Position numbers and translations under genes: made by a program. This document shows positions 52,248 through 64,000 of a stretch of 64,000 nt of DNA, piece after piece. Below the pieces are notes generated by a model, which saw only the letters and a program-made list of their open reading frames with translations, had not been told where the DNA came from and searched no databases. Origin of the DNA: Phyllosticta citribraziliensis (taxonomy: Eukaryota); contig NW_027117351.1 in the NCBI RefSeq assembly GCF_038025025.1, positions 1 to 64,000 of the forward strand, given 5' to 3'. Positions within the stretch are counted from its first letter, which is position 1, and each line of letters starts with the position of its first letter.

Positions 52248-53851
52248 TCAAAACTCGCCAAACAGGTGTCCGTGTCTATCAAACGTTTAGTCTTGTATCA
52301 AAATTCAGGAAACGTGGTGTCGTACGGGTCATCGCCGGCTTGCCCGTACGCCTCCGTCTCCTCCGGGTACTTGTCGAATTGGCTCGCGTCTCCAGCACCC
52401 GCCCTGACAGGCGGCACGTACGGCGCGTCAATGTCCTTCTTCGCTAGGCGTTCCCATGTGACTTCGGCGAACCACGGATGTTGCATGACGTCCTTGGAGC
52501 CGCCGTGCAGGTTGCCCAATCGCTTGGTCAGGTCGGGTGTGATGAGCTTTTGCAAGAGGTCTTGTGCGTCGGGATGTACGTAGGGCGGGTACTTGACGCG
52601 ACCCTTGAGGATGTTTTCGTAAATCTTCATTGGCGAACCGCTGTCCCAGAATGGCGTGAATCCGCAGAGCATTTCAAAGATCAAAATTCCGAGCGACCAC
52701 CTGTACGTGTTAGGCCCATCTCTCACATGCAAAGACAAACATACCAATCTACCGACTTGTTGTATCCTTTGGACGCCACGACCTCGGGTGCGAGGTAGTC
52801 TGGTGTTCCACAAAGCGTCCACGTTATATCCGGCACTTCCTTTGCGAAGCCGAAGTCGGTAATCTTGAGGTGGCCGTGTCGGTCGAGGAGCAGGTTTTCG
52901 GGTTTGAGATCGCGGTAGATGATGTTGAGCGAGTGGAGGTAGTCGAGCGCCAGCGTCACCTCGGCGGCGTAAAACTTGGCCACGGGATTGGGGAAGCGCT
53001 TCGATGCGGGTCAGCATAGCGGCGGGAGTAGGGTAAAAGGGTCATACCTGGGACTTGCGCAGCAAGCTAAACAGCTCGCCACCCTCGACAAAGTCCATGA
53101 CCATGTATAGATTTTTCGAGTCCTGAAAGGTGCCCCATAGTGTGATCAAAAAGGGGTGCTTGACCTTTTGTAGCATCTTGCGCTCGTCGTTGGTGTGCTC
53201 GACCTGCTTCATCTTGACGACCTGGGCCTTTTTGAGGACCTTGATTGCGTAGAAGCGCTGGTTGTGTTTTGACTGGACGAGATGGACCCTGCCGAAGCTG
53301 CCCGTGCCCAGGGTCCTCTGGATGGTGAAGTCGCCCAACGAGTATTTGCCCTTTGTGGTCCGGACCTGGGATTGTTGCTGGCCGCTGGGCGTCACGGCCT
53401 GGCCGTTTTGAGCCATTGCCTTTGCCTGCGCGTCATTGGCAAAGTTTGATTGCGATGCGTCGGCATTGTTGGACGGGTTGATGAGGTTCTGTATGCTCGG
53501 CAGGTTGTGCGTCTGTTGGGGTTGCGGGTGGTAAGGCTGGGGGGAGGATGCGCTGGGTTGCGGGTGGCCGAACTGCTGAGGATAGGGTGACGAGTTCATA
53601 GGTTCGGCGGCGCGCGAGGACTGGATGAGCGAGTCCTGGGGGTTGTGTGATGACGACGAGGGCTGCGACGAGGGTTGGGTCGGCTGGGCGGAGGACGGGT
53701 CGGAGGCGGAGTTGGAGGGGACGGTAGGGGTGACGGGTGTCGTCGAGGTGTCCTTTTCCTTGACGGGCGACGAGGGCGAGTCGATGTTGAGGTCGCGGGA
53801 ACCAGACGAGTCCTTCGTCCGCTTCTTCTTCAGAAATCCCAAGGACGGCAT
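52248..53851 (-). CDS. pkaC: cAMP-dependent protein kinase catalytic subunit
   Basis: Start [14 protein letters not shown]. Motifs [57 protein letters not shown]. Three introns. The terminal intron 52325-52276 gives [11 protein letters not shown]. Confidence 0.97.
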
Positions 53852-55345
53852 AGAAGCGGTCAATTGCAGGGAGTGAGGCAATCTACCCTGGCCGGCGTGA
53901 GCTCTGCCCTGGGGAGGTGCCGCGACAACCCAAGTTCCTGCAGGGTGGATCTGGCCGTCGATCCTGGACGCGTTCGGAACAGAGGCCTTGCGGGGAGTGG
54001 AAACGGGGGGTAAGGAGGAGAGCAGAGCTGGGCGCAGGTCGAGTCGAGCAAAAGGGAGCAATGGATGCAAGGCGTACAAGAGTGCGAGAGGCGAGCGAGT
54101 GAGGGGGGGGGAGACAGAGAGTCAAAGGGCCAAGGACAAGGAGGGGAGGAGGGGGAGAGGTAGGTAGCGAGGATTATTGGGGTCCTGGTCAGGACGGCCA
54201 ACGGAAGTGCTGGGCTGGCGGGCGGACGCGATGACGATCAGTCTTCGGTCCGTTGAAGAGACAGTGCGTGAGGTGAGGTTTGAGACGAGTGATGGACGAC
54301 TGGACCCAGGCCAGGGAGGAGAGGGTGGGTGGGTAGGCGGTGCAGTGGGTAGGGTAGGAGTAGGCGTAGGCGTAGGAGCAGGACGAGCGCTAGAGCGGTG
54401 ACAGCCAGCGACAGGGCCTTGACGAGAGGGAACAAATGATGCTTGGTGGTGAGGTGGTCGTGGTGGAGCTGGTGTGGTGGACGACTGGACCTGGAGGCAC
54501 GGCGTCCCGATTCGGCAGGCAGGTGAGAAATGAGGACAGGACGACAACGGAAGGCCGAGGCATTCAATGAGGGAACAAGTCAAGATGGATGTCGACATGC
54601 AGAAAACACCACGCTACCGTCGATAGCCAGCCTTTAGCTTGGGATTCAAGGGACGATCGGCGCCGTCAACCCGCAGCGCCCGCTTTGGTCGCCCGTCCGT
54701 CTGGCTGTAAGGTAAGGTAGTGTCTTGCTTCAGCTCTACATCATCGTCCTCGGGGCCTCGATGCCATGTCTTTTTCTTCTTCATCTTCGTCTCCCCTCCC
54801 ATCAACACCACGCCCGGCCAGACACCCGCCGCATCTCCTCCTCTGCCGCCCGCCCGCCCGCCCCCTCGTCATCTCAAGGCACGCCCCTCTGCTCATTCGC
54901 TGCCTTTGTCGCCTCCTGCTTTCATCCATCTGACGGTACACCAAGACGATGACAAAGGCCCGTCACCCTCTCCCCGCAAAACAGGGATTCACGTACAGGA
55001 GACGCTACAGGCCTGGACTCGGCTCAAGACCAGGCGGCGCATGTTGCGACAACTTCGTGCGTCTGCCTTTGCAAGCCCGCCGCGACTTCAGGTTGCTGCC
55101 CGCCGCCATCCGGCACGCTGATTCTCCCTGTTCTTTGACTCGCCCGTCCATGTGAAGCCTCACCGGCACCGGTTCCGGCGACACGTCCCTTCGGCCGCTT
55201 CCGCGTGCGGCTCTGGTCTGGACGCATTCCTTCCGCATCTATATCACTTGGCGCTTTGCTCTGTCCGTCCCACCTACTCGATCCTGTTCCGGCCCCGCCA
55301 TGCAATGCCCAGAAAACCCCCATTGGTCCTGCTGATATTCACATT

Positions 55346-56587
55346 TCACAACTCGGTCGACCCGCTGCTCTCCTCTGCCTTTGCCTTCTCCTGGATCCAC
55401 TTTCTCGGCGTCAGCAGGTCCAGCCCGCAAACCTCCATCCTGCGATGATGGAATTTAAAGTACAGTCTCTCCCATGCCCAGCGAGCCTCGCCCTTCTTGG
55501 GACGGAGCTCCACCATCTTTCCGTACGGCACATCGTACTCTGGCCCAGGCAACTCGGGGTCCGCCAGTCTCACGTACGAAGTCGAGCCGAAGAATGCCGT
55601 CGAGTTGAAAGAGTCTGGGTCGCCGAGGAAGCGCAGCTCCGTTGATTCGTAGTACAGCGTCGTGTCTAGCTCGAGACTTGGCGGCAGCAAAGACGAATGC
55701 GCGTCAAAGTACTGTTGAAACAGCGCCTCGTCATCGGAGACGCGCTCAGCACGAGCGGCTGAGAGTTCCTTGAATGTCGACACCGATGGCTGGAGCACCA
55801 TAAAGCTCGTCGAGATCTTGGACGCAGACGGATCTGCTGGAAGCGCAGCCAGCCTCTTTTGCGGCGAGAATGCCAGCAGCGAGTCCAACGCGAGAGAATC
55901 GATAATGACGCCTGATGGGGCAAGGTAAATCAGGCGATCAAAGTCGGTCAGAGAAAACATGCTGGTCAACGAGTATGCAAAGGATGAATCTAGGCATGTC
56001 AACTCAATCTCAAATGACAAGGTAGGCAAACCCACCATCGGCGACCCTGAGCGGACCAATTGGTCTCAAAACTACCTTGTATCTTCTCACTGCTGTCCTG
56101 AGCAATCTCCTGCTCGTCACCAGATACGGGTCGGCATCGTCGTCCTCTATCCAGCTTCTCGGAAACAACAGTATCCTGGTAGCCGGGCTCCTGTCGCGAT
56201 GGAGATCCGCAAAGTGCATGACGGCGGTGCAGACCTCGTCGTGATTCCTGACGAGCTGAACATAGCCCAGTTTATGCCACTGCACCTCAGCCTCCTGGAG
56301 GAAATTGTCGTACTTCGCGTCGCGAAACCCAGGCCGTCGTGCCAGTCGAGCATGCGGATCGTATGTCTCGGTCGCAGGAAGCGGCGCCGGTAGACGCGGT
56401 TTGATTGCTGCTTGCAGGCCGCGGACCGTCTGCTGCTGGAGCAGGTAGCCAGACAGGAACAGCAAAAAGGTAAACACAAAGACTGTTCGAGGGTTAGCAC
56501 GAGACGGGCCAAGCGCCAAGCGGGCGACAACATACTGATGGTTGAGGATATTACCATCGACACTTGGCCGCTCGTGAGCAGCACCAT
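55346..56587 (-). CDS. Glycosyltransferase family 8-like type II membrane protein
   Basis: N-terminal anchor MVLLTSGQVS..VFVFTFLLFLSGY, then GYVQLV..VCTAVMHFADL..RILLFP, and MFSLTDFDRLIYL..LDSLL..YVRLADPELPGPEYD. Two introns. Confidence 0.75.
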
Positions 56588-57476
56588 GGCGGCGGTGGTG
56601 GTGATGGCCCAAAGCAAGGAGCTGCAAGCCTTTTCAAAAGTCTTAGCTCGTGCTCGCCGCCCGAAAGTAGATTGTGTTCTTGTTTGGGCGACGTGCGCTT
56701 GGCTGCGAGTCCGCCGCCGTGTTTACAAGCGCCGTTGACACGAGCAACGCCTTACCCTGGCACCAGAAGCGCCTGGGGCGGAAATGCGCCGCATCTAGTT
56801 CCGCCTCGCCATCCAAAGTGCCCATTGCAATGCATCACCATCTGTATGCTCCCCTCTGGTGTTGAGCTCTTGCTCCCAGACCACCACTTGAGATTGCACC
56901 ATTCGGTGACCGGTCTCCACTCCCCAGGATTGCGCGTCCCACCAGCCCAGGCCAGGCAATCCACATCTCAGGGGCGCTCTGATTCTAGAAAGACCTCTCC
57001 TTTTCTACATCTCTGTCCAAGCAGCTATGTCTCCGCTCTGCTTAAGACTTCCTCATGCATGCCAAAAGCCGGACCGGTCAAGCTTGCGGTGCTCCCCCTG
57101 CGTCCTCGAGTCTCCCGTCTGCCGACGTGGCAGTTTCTCTGGTGCTGCTATGGATGCAATCGATCGAAGCATTGGTTGCTGCGATGGATGGAATGAGACC
57201 AGCATCTGATCGATGCTCCTCCAGTAATGCCGCACGAATTAAACATTATTTTGTAGTTATCCTAGACCTAATGCTCCATGTCCCCTCAGCCCTACAACGC
57301 TTGGCGGGCGGCGGGTGGCGGTCTGTGCGCCGCATTTCCGTCGCGCTCTCGTCGGCTTCTCGAGATTCCAAGAGAACGACGGCCAACGACAACCACACCG
57401 CCAGCATACAGCTCTTGCGCCCGACCTCGCCCAATCCATCCAGAACCTCCGTCCCGCCTATCTCCACCCTCCACCC

Positions 57477-58373
57477 ATGACGACGCACTCGGCCGACGCA
57501 AAAGCGCTGCTCGACGAGCGGGGCTACAGCGGCACCCTAATCCGCGGGCAGAACCCGGCGCTGCTCTTCGAAAAGGCCGTCCGCGACCGCATCACCGAAT
57601 CGTACTACTGGAAAGAGCAATGCTTCGGGCTCAACGCGGCCACGCTGTGCGACCGCGCGGCCGAGCTGAGCTTTGTCGGCGGCACGTACGGCGGCATGGG
57701 CAAGCCGACGCCGTTTCTGTGCCTCGCGTTCAAGCTGCTGCAGCTCGTGCCGGACAAGGAGATCATACTGGCGTATCTGAACTGGCCCGAGGACGAGGGC
57801 GGCGACGCGCGAGCGGATGAAGATGAGAATCAAAATGGGGAGGAAGACGCCCCCGCGCAGAGCGGCGAGTTCAAGTACCTCCGCGCGCTGGCTGCATTTT
57901 ACATTCGCCTGGCATGGGAGCCTGTCGAAATCTACACGACTCTGGAGCCGCTGCTGGCCGACTACCGCAAGCTGAAGCGCCGGACCAGGGACGGCTTCGT
58001 CCTCACACACGTGGACGAGTTTGTCGACAATCTGTTGACCAAGGACCGCATCTGCGCGACGAGCCTCTGGAAACTGCCGCCCAGGACACTGCTCGAGGAT
58101 CTGGAGCTGCTTGACCCCAGAGTCAGTCCGTTGGGCGACGAGGTGGACGAGTTGGATGAGGATGGAGATCAGGATATGGATGCAGGCAATGGTCACGACC
58201 GGGAAAAATCTGAGGGGGCGTACAGCAGTGATGCGGACGGAAGGAGTATCGACAGGCGGCGTTCTGCGTCGAGATCTGCGTCGAGGTCCAGGTCAAGGTC
58301 TAGAGACAGACGATCGAGATCGAGAGAGCGTCGCTCCAGGTCGAGGGAAGAGGGCTCCATCCAGGATGATTGA
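57477..58373 (+). CDS. PRP38: Pre-mRNA splicing factor 38
   Basis: GQNPALLFEKAVRDRITESYYWKEQCFGLNAATLCDRA, KPTPFLCLAFKLLQL, FKYLRALAAFYIRL, DYRKLK, RS-rich tail. Confidence 0.96.
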   Translation: MTTHSADAKALLDERGYSGTLIRGQNPALLFEKAVRDRITESYYWKEQCFGLNAATLCDRAAELSFVGGTYGGMGKPTPFLCLAFKLLQLVPDKEIILAYLNWPEDEGGDARADEDENQNGEEDAPAQSGEFKYLRALAAFYIRLAWEPVEIYTTLEPLLADYRKLKRRTRDGFVLTHVDEFVDNLLTKDRICATSLWKLPPRTLLEDLELLDPRVSPLGDEVDELDEDGDQDMDAGNGHDREKSEGAYSSDADGRSIDRRRSASRSASRSRSRSRDRRSRSRERRSRSREEGSIQDD

Positions 58374-59957
58374 GCGATGGCCTATCAAACGCCTTCAAGA
58401 TTGTCTGTGGAAAAGATGCAGCACCATGACGACTGCTCTTCTACCAACTCCAACGACTCGACAAGCCACACCGCCAAGGCTGACGCACTCAGTCAACGTC
58501 ATTTCGAATGAGCAAGACCCTGTTTCCCCAGGCTTGTGGCCGTCTCATCTGGTTTCTTCGTGCGCGTCGAAGCCAGCATGTACGTACCTGCAGCGATGGA
58601 GCCGCCGAGGCATTCTGGACGGGGTCGCATTCGATGATTGGGTGCGCCAGGAAAGTCCAGGATAAGCATGTTGTCAAACGAAGAATTATCTCAGACATTG
58701 CGAGGGTCGTTCCAGCTCCATCGACGTCATTCTGTCTGTGCATGTCATGTTTATTTCCTCTTCAGCCCGCGACGGGGCGTCTTGTGCTCTGGATTCTTGC
58801 GCACAGCGCGTGGACCGAGCTGACCACAAGGTGTTTGGACAGTGGTGGTTGCGAGGTGGTGTTCTAGATTTGCGTCTAGTGCAACTGGGCAGCGTCTATT
58901 TCCCGATTGGGCAAATGGGGCCACGATTGTTCAAGGCCGACTCCGGTCTGCACTGCGCCACGGCTTGCCGCTCGCCCCACGGTTGTCCATCGAGGTGCAG
59001 CGACAAGGTAGAGGATCGAACTGCCGTGTTTAGGGGACGTCACGTGCCGTGGCATGATGGAATGGGTGGATGCAGCTGAGGCGTTTCCATGGCTTGGCCT
59101 GCATGTGGTGGTAGGGCAGGCAGGTGGCAGCAAGTTTTGCTTCCTTGTGAGACGCCACGCGCCCCCAGGCGGCAGCTGCAAGCCAGGCGCGAGCAAGGCT
59201 CGTCGTTGCACGGCATGAGGGTCGAAGGGCAAGGCAATCAACTCGGAGCGCATGGTTGCTGCACAAACAGACGCAACACGAGAAGTTGGCAGTCAAGATA
59301 AGGTGGTCGGGAACGGCATGTGGCAGGCTTGGTTTGACAGGCCGCTAGAGGGGGGTAGCGCCGTGCAAGGCGACGACGCGGTCAAGCCGAGAGGAGTGGA
59401 GATGATAAGAGAGCAGCGAGGCGGAATGGCCGTGGTGTTGAGGTTGGTGTTGCTGCTTGGCGTGGCTTGGGAGAGAACGGCGATGATCCTGGGGTGCGGG
59501 GAGGGAGAGTGAATAGATGGTGGAGAGGAAGAGCAACCTAACACGACAACTGAACCTTCATGTCCTCCCAACGCAGCGCAGAGCAGCCAATGCCGACCCC
59601 AGGCGGCGGCTAGGGTTCAGCATCCATCCCTGGCCCCGAATTCCCAACGAACCGACGGCGGACTGAAATGCGTCAACGGGTCTGCACTGCACGTCTTCTC
59701 CACATTCTGCCACTCTGCCAGTCGCTTGCGGACGAGAGAGCCTTCCGTGGTTTGGTCCGCTTCTGCCTCTCTCTGGGTCACTTCGTCGCGCCGCGTCCAC
59801 CCACATACATTATCAACTCCCTCTTGCCCTGTTCTCCCCCCAGCGGAAGCAGCGATCCTCACTCTCTCTGGCCGCAGCAGTAAGTCTCCCTCCATCATGT
59901 CAACTCTCCACCCTGCTTTCGCTCCCCGTCGTTCCACCATAGCGTCATTCCGTCGCA

Positions 59958-62196
59958 ATGCCTCTCACCAAGCCGCCGCCCTCCTCGTCCAACAAGATCC
60001 ACAAGCCAAACCCCAAAGCTGCCGCCTCCGAAGCTGACCTCGTTCGCCCAGCATCCCTGACCTCCTCCAAGGAACGTCCGCAGACCATTCTTCCCTCGCC
60101 TTCGAAAAAGTCGCCCAGGTCCTTTCGTCCTTCTCGCTATTTCCATCGCCGACCATCCAACACCAGCACAGACGCCATGGATCTTTCCAGGCCCAAGATC
60201 CCTGTCACCATCACCTTTTACCACCCCAGCACCAGCCCGCCCGTCTTCGTCGCCACCTCCTTGACCAATCCTCCATGGCAGGTCGTCGAAATGGACGTCA
60301 AGCAGGAGCGCACCCCGTCCGGCGATCTCATCTTTGAAAAGAAATTCGACGCCGTCGAGGCTGGCGAGTACCAGTACAAGTTCAGGCTCGGCCCTGGCGA
60401 CTGGTGGGTCTGCGATGACAACGCCCCGACAGGTACCTACCCTCCCCTCTCCCTCGACCGCACACTGACATTCCAGTCTCGGACGGCTTCGGCAACAGCA
60501 ACAATCTCCTCATCGTCGAACCGAAAGATTTGCTGGCAGAACGTGGCGCGGATGCCGGCCAAGAGGAGGGAGGACTGGAAAGGGTCGAGTCTGCACCTGA
60601 AGTCTGGTCGCGTGGGACGAAGCAGCAGCTGAGCCAAGATCGCAAGCCTGGGAAGGGTAAGTGCTCGGAGGAGTGGGTTTTCGTTCATCTCCCAGGCACG
60701 GTTTCCGCGTCGAGAAACGCGGCAAGTTGCACGGTCTCTTGAAAGCACGAAGAAAAAACAGCGTCTCAGTCTTTTGTAAAGCAGCTGCTAAATCGGAATT
60801 TTAATTGTGCAATGCAGAATCGGACCCGGAACCTCAGTCGCGTTCTACGTCGCCCGTGCTCGCAGTCGTTGTGGAAAAGGTCGACGACGCGCCCAGCCAT
60901 GGCGACGACTTCGGCCAAGTTGCCCATGAAAAACCCAAGGCCGATGCAGACCCCGACCTGGTCGTCGTATCAGCTGAGTCAGATGGCAAGGGTCTTGCAT
61001 CGATGCACCCAGACTCTGCCGCCGCCGTGGGACACGACGCGCTTATCGAGCATACACCTGCAGATGATAACGTGCCCTTGTTACCCCACGAGTCGATCTC
61101 CCCCGAGGCTCCTCAACAAGCACCGTTGTTCCCTCATGAGGCTGCCGTCGCCGTCAGCAGCGGTAGCAGTAACATCACCGACGACGAAGACGACGGCGCC
61201 GTCGGTCCAGACGACTTTCAGCCCGTCGACTTCAAAGGAGACATTCCCCTCTTCCGACATGAGACCATTGCCTTGCCGCCTGGGGAGAGCAGCTCCAAGT
61301 CGCCGCACTCTCTCGAGGACATGATGAACCAGGATGATCCGAATGACCCATCACTGGAGCCATTCCCCACCAAACGAGAGACCATCTACGAACACATTCG
61401 GTCCCTGGAGCACCGGCTTGAAGAGGACCAGTCCATCCAAGAACCACCTCCGCCATCGCCGCTGGACTCGATCCAAGAACCACCTCCGCCATCGCCGCTG
61501 GACTCGATTCAAGAAGGCCAGGAAGAAGAGGAGGACCCTGCAAATATCGTTTCGCTTAACGTGCAGCGTGATGGACAGGCTGAGCGACAGCACCATGCAC
61601 GCACCGTGGGATCAGTACCCACGCCGCCGCTGACACCTACGAACGAGTCTGCAAGTAAGAAGCAGGAGCGTGCTGATTCAGTCTTTGCAATCCCTGCGGA
61701 GAACATTGGCGCGCGGATAGAGGCCTCCCAGACGGTCTACGAAGATGCCAGAGAATCGCCAGGCCCCGAAGGTGACCGTCAGGACGTCGTGCCCTCGTCT
61801 TCCAAGGGTGCACCGCCGGACAAGAGACGCCAGGGTGCCCTGATTGCCATTTGGAATGCGCTTTTCGGGAGCTGGCTTGGGCCGATCGGCCGCTGGTTCT
61901 CGAGTTTGTGTGGAGGGCGAGGACGCGCTACGTAAGCCTCCACCGTAAGCGTCTTGTTCATCATCTTGTTCAATCCTGCCTTGTCTTTCGAGACGAGGCA
62001 GGATAGAATCCATTTTCCCTTGACCTGCGCGATGAGCATCGAACAATGCTCCGGATTTGTTGTATCGAGTTTGCTGACCGAGTTACTCATTTGCAGAGCC
62101 GTCTTTTTCGCCGCCATCGCCGTCGTTCTCGCATACACATACCAAGACAGCCTGCGCGACGCGCTGCGCGACTACACGGCAGCGGCACGATCATAG
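59958..62196 (+). CDS. AMPK-beta-type glycogen-binding (CBM48-like) domain protein with acidic middle and C-terminal hydrophobic anchor
   Basis: VTITFYHP..PPVFVATSL..PW..M..GEYQYKFRLGPGDWWVCD..DGFGNSNNLL. Phase-compatible introns at ~60433-60476, ~60657-60817 and 61932-62096. The start could instead be 60177. Confidence 0.8.
61432..61515 (+). repeat. 36-bp in-frame tandem duplication (SIQEPPPPSPLD x2)
   Basis: atccaagaaccacctccgccatcgccgctggactcg repeated directly. Confidence 0.9.
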
Positions 62197-62692
62197 GCCC
62201 GCCCGCCCGCCCGCCCGCCCGTCCGCCGGCTCGACGATGACCATTATTGACGGCAGATGTGCACGGCCCGCACGCAAGCGAAAACGAGCGAGCGAGTCGA
62301 CCCAGACCATGCGTTCGTCGATCCCCTTGTTCTGGTTGGGTGCAATTGACATACCGTACATGGCTTGAGCCTCATCCGGGCTAGCTAGACCGACGCACCA
62401 CTCCTGTCTCCCTTCGCACACATTTTTCTCCCTCTTCTATCTACCCTACCCCCTGGATCACTTGCGTCGCTGCTTGCGGCCTCTCGGGCGAATACATGGA
62501 TGGTCGTCCGCTGTTGTGTGCTGAGCTTGCTCTAGCGCTCGTCGGTGGTTCTCTTCTCTGTCGTCTGCCTTGGGTTTCTTCGCTGCGGGCTGCTGTCGGA
62601 CGTCGCGGTGGAAGCGAGCGCGGTTTGGTCTGGACTTACCCTTCTTTTTCATTTCGTGGCGGGGGATGGTGATGGTGATGGTGATGCGCCAG

Positions 62693-62722
62693 CTGGCTGG
62701 CTGGCTGGCTGGCTGGCTTGCT
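62693..62722 (+). repeat. (GGCT)n microsatellite; similar tract at ~63050-63087
   Basis: Direct reading of ctggctggctgg runs. Confidence 0.85.
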
Positions 62723-64000
62723 GGACGGATGGACAGATGCATGGAGGTGTGCATTCTACCCACCTACGGTCCCTGGTGCGGTGTCTTGCTTCCTTCCAAA
62801 CGACCAAACCTCGACCTTGACCGACCGACTTACCTCGGCCCTTTGCTACTTTTCTCCGTCGTCGTCGTCGTCGTCCTACGGCTGAAATGCTCACCTCTCT
62901 ACTCATATTACTATTAATGCTCTACTCCTCCGTTCCCCTTCTTTCGTTGTCTCCTCCCGTCTGCGCTGTCCCTTTGCTGGTGGCTTGTGTGGGCGCGCGA
63001 AGTGTGTGCATGGCTTTGGTTGCAAGTATGTATGTATGAGTTCTACTGGTGGCTGGCTGGCTGGCCGGCTTGCTTGCTGGCTGGCTGGGAGAGGGGCGTC
63101 GAGAATGAAAAGTCAAATTGATTCGTATAACCCGCTTGCCTTTGATGTACTTTGGTTGAGTGGGCGAGGAGTTTGTGAGAGTCGTTGTGAGTTGATGTGG
63201 TTGGAGCCGTGACATGAGAAGTTTGAGTTTTTTGGTGAAAAGGATATAAAACCAAAAGAACTTCGAAAAGCTGGCAGAAAAAAAGGAGAGACGGGTAGTG
63301 CATAGATTCCGCTGGAAACGCGAGCAGATTTTTCCGGCTACTTCTCTCTACATCGCTTTGATGCTGCATACCTGAGATTCGTGGCCAATGGGTATCAAGT
63401 TGCAACCGTTAGGGAGGTAGATAGGTACATGTAGGTGGACGGGTCGATGACGATGACGTCACACACACTCGGACCAGGGGGCCCTTTCTCACCACAACAG
63501 CCGACAAAAAAAGTGAAGTAAGGTAAGCAAGCACTCGTTGATGTGATGCAAGGAGTTCCTTCACTACCAACTTGCGTACGGTACGCCGCTGCTCTGCGCT
63601 ATCTAACTACCTACCTATCTACCTACCCTACAGCTACTTAGATATTATTAAGAGAAGCGAAGCTGGTTGTCCATCCACACATCCATCCGCTGTGACATTG
63701 TGTCTGCCGTTCCTGTGCCTCGCCTTGCCATTGTCGAGTACCTCGTGCTGGTCTGCCCGCTTTTCTGCTTTCTGCGTTTCTGCATGCACTCCTTTCTGTC
63801 GTCCGCTCAGCTACCATCGCCGGACATGATCGATCCGCGGGAAACACGATTGACGGTCCAAAACCTTGGGTGATGTCCAGTCTCAATTCCAGCCTTTTCA
63901 CAGCACAACTGGCGCTTCTTTCTCAACCCGCCTTGCAGTAGTTCGCCGGAAAGCTGCCCTGCACGCCCCTCAACTCGCCCTGCCACCAGCTGTCCATAGC

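Noticed and set aside
54100..55340. Many short ORFs upstream of PKA, and likewise at 58400-59950 and 62200-64000
   Set aside because: Chance frames in GC-rich promoter/UTR sequence, with no motifs or consistent exon structure.

Overview
Filamentous ascomycete genomic DNA (short GT-AG introns with CTRAC branch sites, RIP signature) in three zones. (1) 1-1085: GC-balanced DNA ending in a frameshifted 3' remnant of a Cid1/Cid13-type nucleotidyltransferase gene. (2) ~1085-28735: a 27.6 kb AT-rich block mutated by RIP, made of nested TEs. It holds three Gypsy elements, one full length with 423-bp LTRs and an ATTAA TSD inserted into an oppositely oriented LTR of its own family. It also holds two copies of an unclassified 2.6-kb repeat and an inverted LTR pair. 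(3) 28735-64000: first an accessory patch (to ~44 kb) with fragments of DNA-repair genes (RecQ, DUF2439/Mte1 twice, tandemly repeated RAD54), a membrane-protein gene, a decayed Helitron-type Rep/Pif1 helicase and a Goodbye-NACHT-TPR-ZZ NLR-like gene. Core genes follow: Zn2Cys6 TF, class-3 lipase, PKA catalytic subunit, GT8-like protein, PRP38 and a CBM48-like protein. The two most notable observations are the mosaic of DNA-repair gene fragments beside the Helitron and a PKA terminal intron whose retention gives a same-length alternative FxxF tail. All family calls come from motif recognition by eye; no database searches were run.
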